Shown here: in pieces, positions 1 to 10,619 of the stretch | Numbering within the stretch: position 1 is the first letter of the stretch | Layout of the letters: each line of letters starts with the position of its first letter | Assembly: GCA_013265495.1 (NCBI GenBank) | Contig: MU058289.1 | Location: 744,001-808,000, forward strand | Reading direction: 5' to 3' | From: Vicugna vicugna | Lineage: Eukaryota | DNA: 64,000 nucleotides | Translations under genes and position numbers: made by a program | Notes under the pieces: generated by a model | Seen by the model: the letters and a program-made list of their open reading frames with translations, nothing else | Databases searched by the model: none | Told to the model about the DNA's origin: nothing

Positions 1-880
1 TAGCAGAGAGAATTCAGCAATATATAAAAATAATTATACACCTGTGACCAAGTTGGGATTATTCCAGGGATACAAGTCTGGTTCAATATTCAAAATACAA
101 TCAACGGAATCTCGTATTAATGGGACAAAGAAGAAAAATCACATGATCATATAAATTGTCCCAGAAGAAGCATTTGACAAAATTCAACACCCTTTCATGA
201 TAAAGAAAAAAAAAAAAAGACGTCTCTGAAAGCTAGGAATAGAGAGGAAATTTCTCAACTTGATTACTTACAACTAACCTACAAAAACTACAGCGAACAT
301 ACTTAACACTGAAAGACTGAATGTTTTCTCCCCTAAGCTTGGAAACAAGGCAAGGATGTCCACTCTCATCACTCCTATTCAGTGTAATACTGGAAGTTCT
401 AGGCAGCATAATAAGGCAAGGAAAAGCAATAAAAAGCATACAGATCTGAAAGGAAGAAATAAAACTGTTCCTACTTACAGCTAACATAATGGTTTATGTA
501 CTCTTATTTTGTTTTTTGTGGAGGTACTGGGGATTGAACCCAAGACCTCGTGTGTGCTAAGCATGGGCTCTACCACTGAGCTATTTCCCTCCCACCTCAT
601 AATGGTCTATGTAGAAAATCCCAAGGAATCTACAAAAAAAATTCTAAAACTAGTAAGTGAATTCAGCAAGGTTGCAAAATATATGATCAACACAAAACTT
701 AGTCACATTTCTCTATATTACTAATGAATATGTGGAAACTGAAATTTAAAATACAATTCCATTTACAATGGCTTAAAAAAAAAGAAATGCCTAGATATAA
801 ATCTAACAAAATATATATAAGATGTCTATATTGAAAACTGCAAAACAAGGCTGAAAAAAAGTCAAAGAAGAAAATAAATA
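1..880 (+). mobile_element. Old degenerate LINE-1 ORF2 (RT region) fragment; host of nested insertions
   Basis: A-rich decayed ORF2-like sequence (e.g. 'agaagaagcatttgacaaaattcaacacc', 'ggaaacaaggcaaggatgtccactctca') with stops and frameshifts; resumes at 2907. Confidence 0.85.
501..597 (-). mobile_element. tRNA-Ala-derived SINE (vic-1-like, short form)
   Basis: Reverse strand reads TAGCTCAGTGGTAGAGC...GGTTCAATCCCCAGTACCTCC plus an A-rich tail; 16-bp TSD cataatggt(t/c)tatgta at 485-500 and 598-613. Confidence 0.85.
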
Positions 881-2893
881 AAACCCTATAAGGTCCACAC
901 AAAAACTACTAGAGCTGATTGAAGAATTCAACAAGGTAGCAGGTTACAAAATCAACGTTCAAAAATCAGTTGCATTTCCTTACACTAACGATAAATCAAC
1001 AGAAAAAGAAAGTAAAGAAACAATCCCCTTTAAAATAGCACCCAAAGTAATAAAATATCTGGGAATAAATCTAACCAAGGAGGTGAAAGAATTATACATG
1101 GAAAACTATAAACCATTGATGAAGGAAATTAAAGAAGTCTTTAAAAAATGGAAAGACATCCCATGCTCTTGGATTGGAAGAATCAATATTGTTAAAATGG
1201 TCACACTGCCCAAGGCAACCTACAGATTTAATGCAATCCCTATCCAATTACCCAGGACATATTTCACAGAACTAGAACAAAGCATAATAAAATTTATATG
1301 GAACCATCAAAGACCTAGAATTGCTAAAGCATTACTGAAGAGAAAGAAAGAGGCTGGAGGAATAACTCTCCCAGACTTCAGACAATACTATAGAGCTACA
1401 GTCATCAAGACAGCATGGTATTGGTACCAAAACAGACATATAGACCAATGGAACAGAATAGAGAGCCCAGAAATGAACCCACAAACTTTTGGTCAACTCA
1501 TCTTCGACAAAGGAGGCAAGAATATACAATGGAATAAAGACAGTCTCTTCAGCAAATGGTGTTGGGAAAACTGGACAGCAGCATGTAAAACAATGAAGCT
1601 AGAACACACCCTTACACCATATACAAAAATCAACTCAAAATGGATTAAAGACTTAAACATAAGACAAGATACAATAAACCTCCTAGAGGAAAACATAGGC
1701 AAAACATTATCTGACATACATTTCAAAAATTTTCTCCTAGAAGAAATAAAAGCAAGAATAAACAAATGGGACCTAATGAAACTTACAAGCTTCTGCAGAG
1801 CAAAGGAAACCAGAAATAAAACAAGAAGAAAACCTACGGAATGGGAGAAAATTTTTGCAAGTGAAACCGACAAAGGCTTGATCTCCAAAATATATAAGCA
1901 GCTCATACGACTCAATAAGAAAAAAATAAACAACCCAATCCAAAAATGGGCAGAAGACCTAAACAAGCAATTCTCCAAGGAAGACATACAAATGATCAAA
2001 AAGCACATGAAAAAATGTTCAATATCACTAATTATCAGAGAAATGCAAATCAAAACTACAATGAGGTATCACCTCACACCAGTCAGAATGGCCGTCATTC
2101 AAAAATCCAAAAATGACAAATGCTGGAGAGGCTGTGGAGAAAGGGGAACCCTCCTACACTGCTGGTGGGAATGCAGTTTGGTGCAGCCACTATGGAAAAC
2201 AGTGTGGAGATTCCTCAAAAGACTAGGAATAGACTTACCATATGACCCAGGAATCCCACTCCTGGGCTTGTACCCAGAAGGAAATCTACTTCAGGATGAC
2301 ACCTGCACCCCAATGTTCATAGCAGCACTATTTACAATAGCCAAAACATGGAAACAGCCTAAATGTCCATCAACAGGTGACTGGATAAAGAAGATGTGGT
2401 ATATTTATACAATGGAATACTACTCAGCCATAAAAACCGACAACATAATGCCATTTGCAGCAACATGGATGCTCCTAGAGAATGTCATTCTAAGTGAAGT
2501 AAGCCAGAAAGAGAAAGAAAAATACCATATGAGATCACTCATATGTGGAATCTAAAAAACAAAAACAGAAACAAAAACAAACAAACAAACAAAAACAAAC
2601 CATAAATACGGGACAGAAACAGACTCATAGACAGAGAATACAGACTTGTGGTTGCCAAAGGGGCATAGGGTGGGAAGGGATAGACTGGGATTTCAAAATT
2701 GTAGAATAGATAAACAAGATTATACTGTATAGCACAGGGAAATATACACAAAATGTTATGATAAATCACAGAGAAAAAAATGTGACAATGAGTGTGTATA
2801 TGTCCATGAATGACTGAAAAATTGTGCTGAACACTGGAATTTGACACAACATTGTAAAATGATTATAAATCAATAAAAATGTTAAAAAAAAGA
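881..2893 (+). mobile_element. Young 5'-truncated LINE-1 (3' half of ORF2, 3' UTR, A-tail)
   Basis: Frame open 882-2555, including the C-terminal CCHC motif ([18 protein letters not shown]); AATAAA at 2872-2877; 13-bp TSD aagaaaataaata at 868-880 and 2894-2906. Confidence 0.95.
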
Positions 2894-2906
2894 AAGAAAA
2901 TAAATA

Positions 2907-4695
2907 TCACATCCATGAATTGGAAGACTAAACTTAGTAAATATGTCAATTCTCCCCAAGTTGACATAGCGATTTAATGCAATTGCTGTAAAAATCCCAG
3001 CAATATTTTTTCTTGTAGATGTAGACAAATTATTCTAAAGTTTATACAGAAAGAAAAAAGAGCTAGAATAAAAAACATTTCTGAGAATGGAGGATGAAGG
3101 AAGCAGAATCACGCTACCTGATTTCAAGGCTTATTATAAAGTAATTTTCAATAATCTAAACTGTGTGGTTTGGGTGGGGGGATAAACATATAGATCAATT
3201 GGGGCCATTAGAGCACCCAAAAATCTACACAATCTACAGCCAACTAATATTTGATAAAAGAGCAAAAACAGTTCAATGGAGAAAAGATAGGCCTTTCAAC
3301 AAATGGTGGTGGGGCAAACACATATCCACAGGCAAAGCATGAACTTCAACCTAAATCTCATATTTTATAATTAACTCAACGTGGATCATAGATTTACAGG
3401 CAAGACATTAAACTTTTAGAAGGTAACATAGTATAAGATCTTGGGGACGTAGAGGCTGACGAAGAGTTCTTAGACACAAGACCAAAAACATGACCCCTAA
3501 AACTCAATGAATTGGACTTCAAAATAATTTTTTTTTTCCTCTGGAAAAGACTTTGGTAACAGAATAAAAGGACAAACGATAGACTGGGAGAAAATATTTG
3601 CTAGCCACTACTCTGACAAAGAACCCATACCTAGAGTGAATATAAAAAGAACTCTCAAGACATTCAAAAAAAAAATCAAACAATCCAATTAAAAGATGGG
3701 CAAAAGGCATGAAGAGACATTTGACTGAAGATGGTATATGAATAGAAAATACTTACATATTTCAAACAGATGTTCAACATTACTAACCTTTAGAGAAATG
3801 CAAATTAAGATCACAGTGAGATCTCACTCACACACACCTATTAGACAGCCAAAATAAAAAAAAAAAAGCAGCAATAGCAAATGCTGGAAAGGATGTACAG
3901 TAATGGAATCTTTTTTACATTGCTAGTAGGAGAGTAAAATTGTCCAGCCACTTTGGAAAACACTCTCCAAACAGTTCCTCAGATGTTAAACACAGAATAA
4001 CCACATAACTCTGTAATTCCACTCCTAGGGTGTACACCCAAGAGAAATGAAAACATGTCCACCCAGAAATTTGAAAACAAATGTTCACAGCAGCATTATT
4101 CATAAAAGCCAAAAAATGGGAGCAACCCAGATGTCTATCAGGTGATGAGTGGATAAAGAATACATGGTGTTTCCTATTGTGTAGCACAGGGAACTATATT
4201 CAATATCTTGTCATAACTTACAATGACAAAGAATATGAAAAAGAATGCATAGCGTGTTTGTAAAACTGAATCACAGTGCTGTACCCTGGAAACCAACACA
4301 ACACTGTAAATCAACTATACTTCAATTTTAAAAAAGAATATATGATGTATCCATACCATGTAATATCATTTGGCAATAAAAAGAGATGGAGTAATTTATA
4401 GATCCTACAAAATGAATAAACTTGAAAACATTAAGTGAAAGAAGCCGATTATAAAAGGCCACATGTTGTTTGATTCCAATTCTATGAAATGGCCAGAAAA
4501 AGGGAATCTGTAGAGACAGAATGTAGATTTAATTGTTGCCTAGGGCTGGGGTGAGGGTTTTGAGAGGAAATGAGGAGTGACCACTAATAGGCATGGATTT
4601 CTTTTTGGGGTGATGAGATGTTCCAAAATTGACTGTGGTGATGGTTGCCAAACTTCGTGAATATACTTAAAACCATTGAACTGTACACTTTAGGT
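2907..4695 (+). mobile_element. Continuation of old LINE-1 (3' ORF2 and 3' UTR)
   Basis: Decayed homology to the ORF2 C-terminus (MFTAALFIKAKKWEQPRC) followed by an L1M-type 3' UTR. Confidence 0.8.
4171..4332 (+). mobile_element. Short L1 3'-end insertion nested in the old L1
   Basis: 'tagcacagggaactatattcaatatcttgt' terminal L1 segment; degenerate 16-bp TSD at 4155-4170 and 4333-4348. Confidence 0.7.
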
Positions 4696-4699
4696 GGAT

Positions 4700-5660
4700 C
4701 GTCTGGGCGATTAGAAAACAGGCAAAAGACGTGAGATGTTTCATCAGAGAGGATATACAGATGGCAGATAAGCACATGAACAGATGTTAGGCACCACTAA
4801 CCATCAGTGAAATGCAAATCAAGACCACGATAAGATTATCACTGCATACCAAGAAAACGGCTAAAATAAAAAATAAGGACAATATCAAATGCTGGTGAGT
4901 TTCAACTGGATTATTCATGCGTGGCCGGCAGGAATGTAAAATGGTACAGCTACTCTGGAAAATCGTCTGTAAGCTTCTTAAAGCACTAATGAGATGCTCC
5001 TACCGGGTAACTTAACAATTACACTTCTAGGCGTTTATCCCCAAGAAATGAACATTTCTGTCCACACAAAAACCTGTCCCCGGTTGTTCATAGCAGCTTT
5101 ATTTCTAATAGCCCCAAACTGGAAAACCACCATGTCCCTCAACAGCTGAACGGTCAGCAACCATGATGCCTCCGTGCCGCGGGGTGCTACGTAGCCCCGG
5201 AATGATGTACTGAACTGGCAGCAACTTGGGTGATTCTGAAGGGCATTATACTGGGTGGAAAAATTAAAAAAACCAACAGTCCTAAAGGGTCACATACCAT
5301 TGCGTTTATGTTAAGTTCTTGAAATGACAAAATGGTGAGATGGAGAAGAGATTATCAGTTAGTTGCCAGGGGTTACAGACAGCGGAGGAAAGGGAAGTGG
5401 ATGTGACTACAGGGGAGATCTTTGAAGCAGCGGAATAATTCTGTATCTTGACTGCAGTGGTTGCATACATCTAGACATGTGATAAAAAGACTTAGAACTT
5501 GGACCAGTGTCAAATTCCTGGTTTTGCTACCGTACTATACATAATTACGCAAGAAGTAACCATCGGAGGCAACTCAACAAAGAGTGCACCAGACCTCTCT
5601 GTTCTTTGTTACTTCCTGTGACTCTGTAGTTATTTCAAAATAAAAATTTAAAAAAAAAAA
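4700..5660 (+). mobile_element. Second old LINE-1 3' end (L1M-type)
   Basis: 'gaaatgcaaatcaagaccacg', 'gttcatagcagctttatttctaatagcc', ending in an A-rich tail near 5640-5660. Confidence 0.75.
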
Positions 5661-8600
5661 CAGCTCAGTGATCTCCATGGGAAACTCCCTGGCCGGGGGA
5701 CAGGGTCCCAGAGGTCTTCTGCAAGGGGTCCCCTGGGAATGGATATTCCTGCTTATCACCTAGAAGGAGTGTCTGGCATTGCTGAGGGCCCTGTCTCAGG
5801 AGGAAATTGGGCTTGAGAGCTTAAGAGCATGTCTGGATTGCTGGAAGGCCAAGGGCTGCAGCAGGAAGGGGCAGGGGAGTGATGGGGAGGCAGGACTCCA
5901 GACAACCGTGCTGTGGGGCCTTCATTCTTCCTTCCATCTTTCCCTCCAAAGAGGTAGATGATCTCTATTTTGGGTGACTTGACTTGACTGTACCCACCCT
6001 GCCCCGGGAAACAGGGGAGCCAGGCAACTAGGTGAGGCCTGCGCTGCCTTCCCCACCTGGCTGTGTGCCCTCTCTGAGCCCCCTGTCCAGGGCTATAAGA
6101 CAGGGATGACACTGCCTTTCTTGTGAGGCCACACACTGGCTGCACACAGCTGCATGTGCAGTATATGCCAAGCACGTTCTAAACAGACCTGGGTTCGTAT
6201 TCCAGTGCTGCCATCTGTCAGCTCTGACCTCCGTCAGTTTCCCCTCAAAGGGCGATGCTGATATTGGCGGTTCTGACTTCCAGAGTGTGCCATAAGAAAT
6301 CACGAGCACATAAAACACTTTGCACAGTGGCGTCATGGAATGAGTGCCCTGTAAAAGTGAGCTGTCATTATCAGGGACATCGCCCCTCTCTCTGCTTGGT
6401 GCAACACTCCATGGTGACATTGAGTTATATACCTCTGGCTACTCAGCTCTAGCCTGAGTTTGACAGAGAGGCCCTTTGAGACCAAACTGTGGTTCCCCTC
6501 TCACTCCCCAGGGGAGATGTATTCCAGGCAGACCAAGCTCCCGGGGTGGGGAGGGGTTTTCTGCTAGGCTGCTGCCCAGCCTGTGAGCTGAGGTGGTCAC
6601 CTCCCGTCCAGGCAGCCGACCGGAGCAGAGAGTGAGGAAGGTGGGGAAAGAAGGAGGCTTGGCTGCTCTTGAGCCGAGCTGGGAGTGCTCCCCTAGCTGG
6701 GGAGCCTTTGAAGTAGCCAGTGCCCGCCTGGAGCCTTTTCATTGATGGGGATAATGGAGGTGCTCGCCCCAGGCACAGTGCTCAGGACAACCCTGGGGGC
6801 GGGGAAGGGTAGGTGACTAGGGATGGCTCATCTCAGCCAGGATTGACCCAAGAGGTTGGCAGGAGGAGAGAGACAATGTTGTCATGCCCCTGGCCTGGTG
6901 CCTGCATGTCCTCTCTCCTGCACAGGGTGGCCCATCTGTCCTGACAGCTAGAACCATGAGACCTGTTCGCCTCTGTCCTGGCCCGGCCAGACCTCTTCTG
7001 CAGGTGTCCTCATCTCCCTGAGTCACCATGTTGTGGTTTCTGACTCTCCTTCAGCTTGAAATTTCCCAAGGGGCCTTCCTTGAACATGCTGAGCAGGGCA
7101 CACTTGTGTTCTCCACCAAACTAGTTCCTTTAGGCCTCTCTGGCATCTAAGAAAAGAGGTCAGCCACCTCAGACTCCTCTCTTCCTTCCTCTCCAGCATC
7201 AGGAAGTCTCAGCAGTTCCTCCTCCAAAATGAGTCCTGATGCTGTTCCCTCTCACCATCTCTACTTCCCCTCTGTCGGACAAGCTCTATGGTCCCCAGAG
7301 CCCCTTGCCCACGTCTGCTGAACCCCGGCGCTCACTGTCCCCACAGCGGCCAGCAGGGTCTCTGAAACTTCCAGCCCCTCCATCACATTTCTCTGTGTAT
7401 AATTGTCCAGCAACTCCCCCGTTCCCTCAGAGCAAAAGCCTGAGTCCTGACAGTGACCTAAAGTCCCTCTGTGATCAGGCAACCACTCTGGCTTCTTGTT
7501 CCATGAACACGACAAGTACATCCCCACAGTGGGCATTTGCACCTGATCTTGGCTTTCCCTGGACCCACATTCCCCAGAAATCAACAGAGCTCCTCCCCTC
7601 TTTCCTTCTGGTCTCTACGCAAATGACTGCTTTCTAAATCAGCAGTCTTGCAATCACACCCTGTCCTATCTCTCTTAGTTTCCGTCTTAGCACACTCCCT
7701 CTCCGAGCGCCCCTGCTTATCTGGCTATTGTCTGGCTCTTCCACAGGATGTCAGCTCCACCAGGTCAGAGTGCAGTTTTCTCAGTCTCTGTGGCATCGCT
7801 AGAGCCCAGTGCAGGCCTGGCACACAGCAGGTGCTCAGTAACCATGAACTCCAGGGGGTGTGTGACAACTCAATTGTGTGTCATCGCTGAATGTTAGTCC
7901 CTCCTAAGAGATGATATGGTCTTTGTGTCAGATCATTTCATTGTTTCCCAAACTTTAAAGGTTTGCCTGTGACCAGCAGGACATTTGTCCTGCCTGTGAA
8001 CCACCTGAAATATTTTTATTTCATCCATTTCTTTAAATCAATTCACTTGATTTTTTTTTTAATTTAGTCTCATCCTAAGCTTGTATCAAAAACAAAAAAA
8101 AAACAAAAAAAAATTTGGTCTGCTGGTTTCTTTTCGTTCTGCTACAGACTAAGTGACTATTAACGTAAAAGTGGCTTCACACCCCTCCTGGGGGCCCCGG
8201 CTTACCGCCAGGTGCTCAAGCCAAAGGCCCTTGTTATTGACATGCTCAGCTTCTCAGGGCAAAGTCCTTCAGGGCTTTCCTCCCAGGCCAGACCTGCTGG
8301 AGCCAGGGTCCGTCGTCAGGGGACAGACGTGTCAGGGCGGGGCTCCTGCCTGTGTGCAGGAAACCTGGTCGAAACTTCCAGTGTGGCTGCCATGAAGCCC
8401 CTGCTGTCCTCAGCCACCCTCTCCAGGCTTTTTTCAGCTCCTGGAGTCACTTGGGGCCCTCACACAGGGCATTCTTGAGTGACTTTCTTTCCACATGGAC
8501 ACCTCCCCGACCCCGAGACCCTAAGTCACACTTCCATTCTCAGCTGTAACAGCTGTCCCTGTTACAGGGACCGCACGTTGCAGCCAGGCTTGTGTGTGAG

Positions 8601-9064
8601 GTATTTTATTCACTGTCCTCCCTGCATGACTCCCTACATCAGGAGAGGGCCTCAGGGTAGGGTCCCAACCCCGCCACCCGCAGCCCCACTGCCACCCGCA
8701 TCTCTTCCCCTCGCCTGTGTGTGGATTTCCCATCCCAGCCGAAGCAGCCTCGTCCCCTTCCCTCCCAGCCTAGTGTGGTTATTCCTGCCTCTGGATGTTG
8801 ATTTCGGCCTCTGTTGTGCTCTCTGCCTTCCTTGAAAACCAGGGAAAACCACCTTTCTCGGGAACCACACCTGAGTCACCCGCAGCCCTGCAGCTCTGTC
8901 ACCTGCAGAGCGCGTGAGCTCCCGCGGCTCCTCACTGACACGCCACGGCTGCCCGGCGGTCAGTGCGTGGGCCCCGGGGGCCAGGGCCCTGGGTTCAGGT
9001 TGGGGCTGCACAGTCGCAGCAGGAGGCTGGAGGAAGTGGTTTCACCTCTGCGCCTCGGCTCCTC

Positions 9065-9248
9065 CAGTTTCTCAACACCCGTGCATCAGACTCTCCTGGA
9101 GGACTTGTCAAAACCCAGACTGCTGGGTACCCCCCACCAGAGGTTTTGATTTCTGCTGTCTGGGGTGGGGCCTGAGCTCTGCCTTTCTGACAAGGGCACA
9201 GGTGAGGCTCATGCTCTTGGTGCAGGGACCCCACTCTGAGAACTGCTG
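9065..9248. mobile_element. hAT-Charlie MITE (MER5A-like)
   Basis: Ends cagtttctcaa...tgagaactgctg; internal 'gtctggggtggggcctgag' typical of MER5A. Confidence 0.65.
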
Positions 9249-10111
9249 TCCTGGTCATTAGGGAAGGCAAAGGGAGATAGAGTAATTCCTAAAAATCAGG
9301 CAGAATCATGTGGCTCATAGTAAGCACTTGACAAAAATGTTAGTTTTAACACCACTCATGCCAGAGCATCCGGCCATCTTTAAATTCCTGACAGGGGTTA
9401 TGGACAAAGCAGAACTGAGTCTATCGCCTGGCCATGCCAATTTCCTGGCTCTGGGACCCTGGGAAAAATCACCTAGCGTCGCTGGGTCCCAGCGTTCTCA
9501 TCTTCACGGGTTTGTCTTGGGGCGGGGGTCACTTCCCAGGACAGCCTGAGCTCCCTGAAGGGGCATAAATCACAGCTGATGCCTGATGGGTGTTCTTGAA
9601 CCAAATGAAGTTGGAAAGACTGAAGCTGCAGAGTACAGCACGAATGTGAGGGAGTCAAGCCAACACAGGCTTTGGAAACATTGAAAGCGGGGGGAGCCTG
9701 CAGGGCATAAGATCTGAAACATCAGTGAGTGAAGCCAGCCAGGTGTAGGACAAAAGGGGAAGGTGGGGACTGTGGCCAGTCAGGAGCCAGGCTCCTTCAG
9801 AAGGGGCAGCCACCTTCTCTTTCAGTGAGACGTGGCAATGTTAAGCACAAGCCTGGTGTTGTCAGTCACTCTGACTGGCAGAAACTGGAATGAGAGTCAT
9901 TATGTGAAATCACTCAGAAGTCAAGCATGACACCCTGTGGACCAGACCCAGCCCACAGCTGTCAGCTCGGAGTCAGAGTAACTTAAGGGCAGCTGGCCTG
10001 GGCTCAGGGCTAGAATTCTGAGGACTTGGTGAAGGAAATGCGGTGGGTGGCAGGCTCCTCAGGGTTGGATCAGAGTCTTTAGGATTTAGATGGGTGTTTG
10101 GCTTCAGGGCA

Positions 10112-10117
10112 TTTATT
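10112..10117 (-). terminator. MAG: MAG polyadenylation signal AATAAA
   Basis: tttatt on + strand about 340 nt past the L-MAG stop. Confidence 0.8.
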
Positions 10118-10454
10118 TCATGTCCCTCCGTACAGGCCCTGGGGCCAGGTGGGGGAGGGGCAGGAGACCAGGCAGGGGGTAGCAATAAATAACACGGACA
10201 GACGGAGCTCCCCTCCAGACAGATGAGGTTAAAGAGGGTTAGAGGGGAGCCACAATGCAGAGGTGGGGGGTCTGGCAGGGCAGGGGCAGCTGGGAAGGAG
10301 GGGGAGGCCAGGCCCCCCGGGACCTCACGGTCACCTGCCCCATCCCTTTCCTGCCCCAGCCCCCACTACTTTTGGGAGAAAGGGAGCCCACAGCCAGTGG
10401 GGGCCAGCGAGGGTCCTGAGGGGGGGGTGGCCACACGGGCTGCCCCCAGCTCCC

Positions 10455-10619
10455 TCACTTGACACGGATTTCAGCATACTCAGCTAGCTCCTCCGTCAGG
10501 GTGTAGCTGTCCTTGGTGGGTCGTTTTCCCAGGTCCGAGTGAGAATAGCTCAGGTCCAGCTCTGGGGGTTCCCCCCGAAGACCCAGCAGCCTCCTCTCAG
10601 ATCCCAGGCGCCTCTCACT
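10455..10619 (-). CDS. MAG: MAG last coding exon (L-MAG tail)
   Basis: SERRLGSERRLLG...EELAEYAEIRVK*. Confidence 0.97.
   Translation of the reverse strand, partial: SERRLGSERRLLGLRGEPPELDLSYSHSDLGKRPTKDSYTLTEELAEYAEIRVK

Noticed and set aside
1083..2555. 490-aa ORF as a host gene or autonomous element
   Set aside because: It is the 3' part of L1 ORF2, lacking promoter, ORF1, endonuclease and the RT catalytic core.
1..10000. CD22 coding exons expected from synteny
   Set aside because: No Ig-domain exon was recognisable; the gene presumably lies beyond position 1.
10584..10619. SERRLG-SERRLL tandem in the L-MAG tail
   Set aside because: A normal feature of mammalian L-MAG.
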